Assembly: GCA_001724265.1 (NCBI GenBank)
Contig: MEDY01000172.1
Location: 1-56,861 of the forward strand
Direction: 5' to 3'
DNA from: Rhizaria sp. SCN 62-66
Taxonomy: Eukaryota
Length of the DNA: 56,861 bases
Shown: piece after piece, positions 48,592 to 56,861 of the stretch
How the letters are laid out: every line of letters begins with the position of its first letter
How positions within the stretch are numbered: position 1 is the stretch's first letter
The notes under the pieces: model-generated
Told to the model about the DNA's origin: nothing
The model's database searches: none
What the model saw: only the letters and a program-made list of their open reading frames with translations
Position numbers and translations under genes: made by a program

Positions 48592-49143
48592 CATCCCCCC
48601 GCACGCCGCTGCACATTGCAAGCCGCTGCACACCACATGCCGTCTCACATCACAAGTCGCTTCACACCACATGCTGAATCGCCAGCGCGGCCAGTTGCGC
48701 AGCGATATCAATAGACGCAGCCAGCGGCGCCCCCGCAAACCGTGCCGCGTCCTCAGCCTCCAACAGCTGCGCGTTACCTGCCCCAGCCCCAGCTCCAGCC
48801 CCCATCCAGCCCCAGCTGTTCATGTTCGTATTGCTAGAGCCAGCACCCGCGCTGTTTTGCAGCTCCGATTGCGGCCCTGACCTTGGCGCGCACGGCGTCA
48901 AACTGCCTATGCTCCTCCTCACACCGCTCCAGCAGACTCAGCCTTACAGGACCAGTACCAGCGCCCGTGTTTGCGCCAGTGCCAGTGCTCGTGTTAGTGC
49001 TCGCGCGAGTGCTCCGGCTAGGCCACATCGCACCTGTGACAGAAGCGGCAACAGCACCAACCACTTTTGTCACTGTCCCATATACTGTTTATGCAAGAAG
49101 TCGTGCGTCACATTATATTAGTCCAAATGACGTTCTATCTACG

Positions 49144-49184
49144 ACAAATGGCGTGAGATAACATCCTCACTGTTCGAAGCCAAG
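49144..49184 (+). repeat. Copy B of the 41-bp dispersed direct repeat (copy A at 40558-40598)
   Basis: Same orientation as copy A, 39/41 identical. Confidence 0.85.
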
Positions 49185-49460
49185 TACACACTTACCGATC
49201 ACCGATCTTTTCTCGGAACCAGCGCAGCCTTCACCACAAGCAGAAAACCACACACACTACTCATCGACACGTTGATGTTGCATTGTATCATCCGTAATCG
49301 AACAATATTATTTTGTATTGCGAATTATTCTGGTATAGTCACATTTTTCACGTTATTAGTTTTCTTAGGCAGTTACACTTTCTGCGACTGTTTACGTTTT
49401 TTTTTCACTCTTGGTTGTCAAGGTCGTGCAACTGGCAGGTATCGGTATCTAGCTCTCAGC

Positions 49461-52400
49461 ATGAAGCCGATGTCACCCATAGAGGAGGCACGCGTACGCA
49501 AAGTCTTTTCAGGCCGCGCTTTCTTACCCCGCGCCATTGAAAGCATTGCCCTTCGCCACCAGTGCCCCTCCGCAAACCCCGCAGCAACTGCAGCTGCTGA
49601 GGATGAGGTGCTCGCACTAATCGCCTCCGCTGTTGCCGTCTTGTCCCCCTCGGCGCTTGATGGGCTGCTCGCCGACGCCCTGTTCCCCGCGGAGCTTGCT
49701 AACTTCCACCCTTCCCTTGGCGCGGGCGCCGTGCGCGGCCCCAACGCTGTCCACGCCGCCGTGCGCTTCGACCTCCCGCGCGCTCTCGCCGCGCTGCTCG
49801 CGTTGGGCGCGCCCGCCGCGGCGCCCGTGCTGGGCTTCTCTGTTGTCCACGTTGCGGCGCTGCTCGACCGCGCGGCCTGCGCGGAGGTTCTGCTCCGCGG
49901 CGTTGCGCCCGAGGCGTGGCGCGACATGTGCGAGCGCAGCGCCGCGGCGGGCGCGACGGACGCGCTCGAGGCCTGCATCGCATCGTTCGGGCGATTCGTC
50001 CCCACGCCCGTGCGCCACAACGCGCTGACGGCGCCACTCCGGTACGACGCCGCGCAGTTTGCCGGCGCCACCGCGCTCGCGACGCTGTCGCCGCCGCGTA
50101 GCCGGCCGCTGGCTCTCGCGGCCTCGCTGGGCCACGCCGCGGTCATGGCGGTCCTCGCGCGCCCCGGCGTGTGCGCGGCTGTGCACCGACACCTGGCGTT
50201 TGAGCAGGCGCGCGGGCTGCTGGTCGCGGCCGTGCAGGGTGGCAGCGCCGAGTGCGCGCGGCTCGCGCTCCGCTGGGGACTGCGTGAGACGGCCGAGCCA
50301 CACCGCGGGCCTGGTCGTGGGCTCCGCGATGACGTGGACAACGACGACGGCGACGACGAAGATGGCGGCGACGACGACGGCGACAACGGGCTAGCCGCTG
50401 AGGCGCTGATCGACCGTTTGACGGTTCAGAGCGTCACGGAGGTCGCGCGGTCAACCCCCAGCAACGCCCCGGATAGCTGTGCCGCGCTCAGCCACGCTGC
50501 ATCTAACCACGCTGCGTCCAGCAATGCTGCGCTAGACGTGCTCCGCGTCGCCGTGCCGCGGGCGTTCGCGGACTCAGACGCGGCCGCTGCGCTGGCCACG
50601 GAGCGCGCCCGTCAGCTGCGCGACGAGCAGCGCCGCGCGGCCGCGCTTGCGAAGCAGTTCTCGCATAACGCAGACGCGGAGGCGTCGCAGGGACTTGGTG
50701 CAGCGGTCGCGGCGCTCTTCTCTGCGCGCGTCTGCAGCCAGGGCTCCGGAGTGCTGCTGGCGCCCGCGGTTGCTGCGGCAGAGTCCGCGGTGCAGCGCGC
50801 GCTGACGCAGCTTGCGGCCGGGCGTCTGCAGTGCCGCTCTGTCGTCGAAGAGCACGGCGCACAGAAGCTGCGAGACGTTGTTTTGGCGCACACGGGAGAG
50901 ACATGTATGGTGATCGTGACGAAAACGACTGTGTGCGAGGACGACGACGACGAGCGCGCTGTCTTAGTTGAAACAGCAGTGAACGCAGACGGAAACGTCG
51001 CTGACTTTGTCGCTGTCACACTGACTGATGGTTTCCTTGAAATTCTCGAAGATTACGACTCAGAGCTGGACTCGAGCACTGAATCAGACTCTGACCCCGA
51101 ATCTGATTCTGATTCTGACTCTGGTTTGGAGGCCAACTCGAAAACCACCTCAAAGCACGAGCACGCGAGAGCTACAGCGCCCGACGAGTCGGACCCCGAA
51201 CAGACGCCGGCACCACAGACGCCGGCTGAACGTGTTGCTCTTTATTGTGACACCGGTGTCAGGACGTCGCCCATGCCTGCGTGGCTGTCGCAGTCTGCAC
51301 TTGCGCCGCTAGACTTTGGCGCGGTCCTGTTTCTTGTCCGGACCTTGCTGTCTGCACGCGTTTTTCCGCCGCGTTCGAACCACGCCAAAGAATTGCGCGG
51401 CCTTCGCGAGCTAGCAGAGCATTAGCTCCATCTTCTGGTGGTCGATGCCACGCCGAGCTTCGATATTCTCGCCCGCAGCAAGCTCGCCACCGCGCTTGCC
51501 GGGTCTAACTTCACCACCGTGACGGCGATGCTGCGCAAGCCGGGTTTTCTAGAGGACGTGTTCGACCGCTCGGCGCTGACTCCATAGGACACCGTTCTGT
51601 GGGGTCTCGAGGCGCGCCCCAGCGCCGCGCGCGGCAAGTGGAAGCTTGCAAGGGGTGGACTTGCCACGCACGTGCCGCACTCGCTGGCCGGCGCACGCTG
51701 CGCACGTGCGCTCCGCTGTGTGCTGATGTGGCCACTGCTGCCGCGGCACTTCAACATATACCACCCGCGCCGTGCAGCCGCGAACGTGCCTCAAATTGAC
51801 GCATTTGATGAATGGCATCCGGTCCCCGTACGGGAAGTGTTGCGCCGTGCATTTTTGCCCAAGGAGCTCGTGCAGTCCCTGGTGGAAGGCGTTGCAACGG
51901 GCGCGATTGACGAAAGCTTTGGCGCATTGCTTGATCCGTATGCTGAGACAGCCCTTCACGAGGTCTTGCGCGTTGCAATCGCGTACAACTGGATGGCGCC
52001 GGCGCGCGCGTTACTTCTGTTGGAACGTCTCGGTGCGCCTTTAACCGCGAGCGCGCCGCCCCCGGTTCACCCGGCACTGCTGATCCCGCGATTTCGCAGC
52101 TTGCTCCTGTCCGTGGCGCAACTGCTCGCCCACTGTCCAGTGCCGTCGGCGCCTTCTCCCGCCGCCGTGGCCGCCGCCGGTGAGTTTGCCGACCCCGCGG
52201 CAGACGTTGATCTCGCGTTTGAAACACCTACCAGCGGTGTGAATTTTACTACAGCGTATGCTGAGGCGCTTGCAGGCCTTCGCGAGACCGTCGCCGCGAC
52301 GCCGGGTGCCTTGGCGGCGTTTGACGGCCGTGTCGCGCGGCTTGTCACCCGATTGGCGAACGCTATCAAAGTGAAAGACGCCGCCGCGGCGGCCACCGCC

Positions 52401-53702
52401 CTGCTGGTGTCGACGCGCGTGTCTGCGCCACAACTGATGGTGCGTCCGCCTGCCCCCGCCAGTGCGCGGCAGCCATTCGCCCCGTTCCAGGGCGCGCTGG
52501 CCGCCGCGGTCCAGTGGGCGCTGCACGGCGCGCCGGAGACGGGCGCAGCGTGCTCCGCGCTGCTAAGCGAAGGCGGCGCTGGTCTCTCGATCAACGCCGC
52601 GCTCGCGCCGCTGTGGCTGTCTGCGGGGCCACTGCTGCACCGCGACGATGTTCCCATGGGCGCGGCGCTGCACCGCCGAGTGGACCGCACGCGCGGGGAC
52701 CCGCCGCTGGCGCTGTGCGCCGCGGGCCGCGATCTGCGTGCGCGCGCAGTGCAGCGAACGCTCGCCGCGCTGTGGCCTGCGCATCGCCGCGCGCTGATCG
52801 ACGTGAGCCTGGCGCCCGGGCTGTTTCAGAGCGCGTGTGCAACGGGCGACTCCGCGCTGATTGCCTCCGTGGTCGCTGCGGTACGCGCACTCGAGCCGCA
52901 ACGGCCGCTCGCAGCGCTGTCGCCCACAGCGCTGCCGTCTGCGGCGCTGCCGTCTGCGGCACTGTGTGCGCACCGGGGATACTGCGCACTGCTCGCGGGC
53001 ACGGCATCACCCTTCGCGCCTCTCACGGCCGAGGACGTCACTGCGGCGCTCGACCAGCTTCTCATGCTATTCCCGGCGAGCGAGATTGCGACGCACAGCT
53101 GTCGCGGCTGCTCCGCGCTGCAACCGCACGAGCATGTGGCGCGGACACCGCTGATTCCGCTCGAACACCTGGAACTCGTGACGACAACGCGTGGCTGCGA
53201 CGTCTACGAGCACTTGTTCCCCGGTGCGCCCACACTGATGTGCGACTGGGCCTTCGTCTTTGCGCAGTGGGCGCCCGCTGAGGGCTTTTTCCTGCGTCTC
53301 AGTGCGCCGCGGCAGCGCGCGTGGCTGGCGGTGCTGCAGCGCGGGGCGCGCGCTGGTTTGCTTTCGGCGCCGGCGCTGCGGGATGCGCTGGCGAGCAGTC
53401 GGAACGCGACTTCGGAGAACAGCATCAGGGGATTGCGCGTCAACGACGGCGCAAACGTTCTCGAATTGAGTCGTTTGAAGTGGAGTCATACTCCGGATGC
53501 GGTTGAGAGAGACAACCCGGTGGAAGGAGAAACGGTTGAAGAGTTCGTGCTCCGTGTGGCGACGAATTGGCCAGCGTGCGTCCAGAGTGATCGTGGAGAA
53601 ATGCACCCGCTTCCAGTCGATGCTGCAACACTTAGGTCAGGACTTGCGGCCGTGTGGAAATTCTTTCGAACACTGGATGAAGAGTCCCGAAAGCAAGAGT
53701 AA
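49461..53702 (+). CDS. Large (~1413 aa) divergent ankyrin-repeat protein; in-frame TAGs at 51423-51425 and 51585-51587
   Basis: Ankyrin-like units NAVHAAVRFD..ALLALGA, VVHVAALLDR..CAEVLL, PLALAASLGHAAVMAVL, LLVAAVQGGSAECARL. ORFs 49272..51425 and 51672..53702 are in frame, and the 246-nt gap is GC-rich, coding-like and interrupted only by TAG. Ends TAA. Confidence 0.72.
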
Positions 53703-54238
53703 ATATGTCACGTGTAACGATAGGTGACATCTTTTCAAGTTGACGCTTCTACTGATTTCGACATTAAATAAGCCTAAGGTTTTAAGCTGGGTTTATACAG
53801 GAATTAATACATAGATCAAATCGGATATCGCAACTTTGAACTCAATAGTAGATATTGTGTCGGTGTATCCTTGATTTTGCGATGTCACCACGAGCGAATA
53901 TTTTTCATGTTCACAACATTGTTTGGAGTTGAGAGGCGAGGTTGAATCTCGACAGAGGTATCGTCAGTGACATTAAGACATGTTAATCTTAGATTTAACA
54001 GTAGTAACCTATGCATTAAGTATTTCATATTTTCATATAACTCTATGTATGCACGCTGAGCGAGTTTTTTTAGTTTGGGTCACACAGCACCTAGCTCGAT
54101 GAGTCCGATGAATGCCAATCCGCTATTCAAAGAACGAAAAAGAGACATGTTGTCATGTGACAACACATCTTACTGGCACTAAACCTCGTCTCATTTGCTT
54201 AAAACCCGTGTCTATTTTGTCTGACATTAACGCCTAGC

Positions 54239-56605
54239 ATGAGTTGGATTGAACGCGATCCATGCCCAGAAGGGGACAATTGTTCAAACCCCATTTGCAA
54301 AAACGGACACCCAACTCGGCCGTGTTTTCACGTCCAACTGCACAAGTGCAAAACTGCGATTTTAGGTAAGCTGTGTCCATTCCGTCACATTAAGGTTCTT
54401 CCGCTGTGCCGCCACGAGACCCGCAAGCAGTGCAACGAGATACTCTCCGCCAGCATCAACCGCCAGGGTTCGAAGATCATCTGTGCATTCCGGCACACTG
54501 ATGATCCGGAGTCGGAAGCCCGCCCCAAGGTCGATGACCACAAAGGTGGTCATTTCAAGGGTGGTGATCGCAAGGGTGGTGACTACAAGGGGGGCGAACG
54601 TCGCTCTGGCCCCGCGAATGACACTCACGGCAGCGCGCGCCCGCATAAGCAACATGCGACTACATCCTCGCGCTCGCCGCCGACACATGCGCACGCATCC
54701 GCACTTGCGCCCGCCCCGGTGTCCTTGCCCCCGCCCGCGGCCGCAGCCGTGTTTACGCGCGCGCACGACCGCGCCGCGCCCGCGGAGCGCGTGGCGCGGC
54801 CCGACGAGGCGTTACCGTTCCACGCCCGCGTGCCGTGCCCACCTGCGGCGCAACGCTACGTGTTCCCCGCGCCCGGCAGCTGCGGCGCGTGGCAGACTGA
54901 GCTGCGGTGCCGCCTTGCGCCGTCGGACGCGCCGGGCGTGTTCCGCGTGCAAGCGGTGTCGGCCGAGGCACTGGCGGCCGCGGAGGAAGCACTGCAACGA
55001 CTCGTGCTTGTTGCCACGGCGGCGACGCACGACTGGCAGCACGAGGCCGTCGACGTCGCGATGGCGGACGGCTCGCGCCTTGCTATCGGCGCCGGACTGG
55101 TCCCCGTGGGGCCCGCGCAGCGCGCGACCACGGCATTTGTCACTGCGCACGACATCAGCACTGAAGTATACGCCGAGGCCAACGCCGCCGACGCACAGGA
55201 AGACGTGTCGATTACGCGCGACCTCTGCGTACGCGTGGGCTGGAATACGCCTGCGCACTCCGGCACCGCGCGGCTTGAGTTCCGTTCCGCCGCCGCCGCG
55301 AACGCGTCGATGCTGCGGCTGCGCGGGCACTGGCAGGGTTTCACTCTGGAGCCGCAGGGCTTGGGCTGCAACGACCTGGCACTCGACAACGCAGAGCTGC
55401 CCGCACTGAGCGACGACCTCATGTACTTTGCCGCGGCCCACAACAGTTTTCCTGACGACGTTTCTGATGTTCGTGGCGCTGGACACGGCGGGCCGCGGTT
55501 CCTGGTGCGCGTTACGGGGATCAGCGCGGAGCTCTCTGCTGTGTCGTTCCGCATCATGGTGGCGACGCTGCCCGGCTTGAGCTCGGCTGCGGTGCTGTAC
55601 GAACATTGCATCCCGGGCTACGGACTCGCTGACCCGGAGGAGCTGCCGCCGTGGCTCGCCGCGTTTGTCAGCGACGACGCTGCGCACGCGCCGCTGGGGT
55701 CATTCACCCCCGCGACCGGCGCGCACTCGTGGCTGCTGTGGCCTGCTCGCGGTGACTCTGCGGCGGAGCTGGCCGATCTTATTGGCCGCTCGCTCGCCGC
55801 CGCCTCGGAACAGAGCGATGGCGCTGTGAGCGCCGAGGTGATGCACGCGGCGACGGTGCAGCTGCCGCGCGCGCTGTACTTTACCTCGCTGGCGTTTATT
55901 GTCACACAGATGTCCAATGCGGCGCGAACGATTGACTGCGGCAGGCCTGCCGTGGGCTTCGCCATCCACCGCGTTAAGCAGCGTTGCCAGATTGTGCTTG
56001 CTACACGGTCCGACGCCGCCACCGCCGCCGTCGCCTCCATCACGTTCAAGCGCGTTGCGCGCACTGAGATTCAGGTGTGCAGCGCAATGGCGAATTTTCC
56101 CGCGCAGGCCGCGCTGGCTGCACTGCGCGCGGCGACTGTGCTGGTGCGGTACGACGCCGCGCGCTCAGCAGTCGTTGTGATGTCGCTGAGCGCCGATCAC
56201 GAGGCCGCTGTGACGCAGGTGCACGACCTCAACGCGCAGCTGGAGCAGGGCCCCGACGCGCGCTGCGCGGTTGTGGTTGCGGGACTTAACGGCCGCACGC
56301 GCGCGCAACTGCTGTGCATGGTGTGTGGCGCGCTCGTGCCGCGCGCGTTCTCGGGAGGCGAGCTGTCCGCGTGCGGCCACTCGGTGTGCGCGGGCGAGTG
56401 CGCGAGGAAGGCTCTCGCTGTCATGACTAACTAGCGCGTCGCGCGCTGCCAACACGCCGACTGCCTGCGCCGCGCGGCTGTAGCGGAGGCGCTGGGGACA
56501 CGTCCTCCCCAGCTTGCTGTGCGCGACCTCCGCAGTTTTGGGCTTTCTGAAGATAATGTGTCGCAGATTATAATGGCCGCCTTGTGCGCGCGCATGAACA
56601 CATGA
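54239..56605 (+). CDS. CCCH zinc-finger / RRM-like / C-terminal RING-like protein (788 aa); in-frame TAG at 56432-56434
   Basis: Three N-terminal CCCH-like fingers (e.g. CPEGDNCSNPICKNGH), KGGD repeats, RNP1-like GTARLEF. C-terminal CMVC...CGH..C...C-[TAG]-CQHADC needs readthrough to obtain its last Cys pair. Then 56 more codons to TGA at the GC-to-AT boundary. Confidence 0.7.
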
Positions 56606-56861
56606 ATGCATTCATTCATCTCACAATCGACAAATCCAGATCCTTAGTTACTTTCGATTAATTAGTCATCGCTTATTTATGTCTAAAGGTTCGTAGAACT
56701 CATAAGCTGAATAAACAAACCATGAATAAACAAACCATATTGTGTGCGAAACGTGTGCATTGATTACCATCGGTCCGTCGTAGGATGGCGCGGACCGGCC
56801 TCTGGGCCGTGGGGAGGGAGCCCAGAGGGATTTCGTTCAAGTCAAGTTGGCAACAAAATAC

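Noticed and set aside
49144-49260. Repeat copy B followed by GTACAC as a spliced-leader RNA gene
   Set aside because: No convincing Sm-binding site or stem-loops seen downstream, and copy A lacks the GT.
56420-56434. In-frame TAGs as the 3' ends of tiny introns (e.g. 15-nt GTCATGACTAACTAG here, 21-nt GTGGAG...AAGTAG at 43990-43970)
   Set aside because: Any upstream Val codon creates such a GT...AG. None has the GTAC donor, pyrimidine tract or AT-richness of the nine real introns, and the SulP case has no in-frame GT candidate between the ATG and the TAG.
49461-56605. TAG-interrupted genes as ordinary pseudogenes or as separate adjacent genes
   Set aside because: Only TAG interrupts them, frames are preserved, the gaps lack the AT-rich spacers seen between all real genes, and domains span the TAGs.

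Overview
Eukaryotic (protist-like) nuclear DNA: GC-rich, Ala-rich coding regions separated by AT-rich spacers, with short AT-rich GT-AG introns. I can support 14 protein-coding genes and one pseudogene: a PKD1-like GPS/TM protein (5' partial), TrmO, a GNPTG-like MRH protein, a Sel1-repeat/CaaX protein, RCC1 with a RanBP2-type zinc finger, a ~2120-aa low-complexity protein, an EGF-containing type I membrane protein, a plant-type PLMT/PEMT, kinesin-1, RPS19, a SulP transporter, a ~2218-aa surface protein, an ankyrin-repeat protein, a CCCH/RING protein, and a broken alpha-tubulin. The main result is evidence for a non-standard nuclear genetic code. Seven in-frame TAG codons sit inside five otherwise continuous genes, while all 14 genes end in TAA (8) or TGA (6) and none in TAG. 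Motif context (an ankyrin TP* position, a DxK* repeat alignment) favours TAG=Leu over Gln. Two further signals: all 9 inferred introns begin GTAC, and 9 of the 13 genes with a visible start have a pyrimidine-rich tract plus YAG within 0-11 nt of the ATG, some with no GTAC donor upstream, which suggests possible spliced-leader trans-splicing. All calls come from manual reading; no database searches were run.
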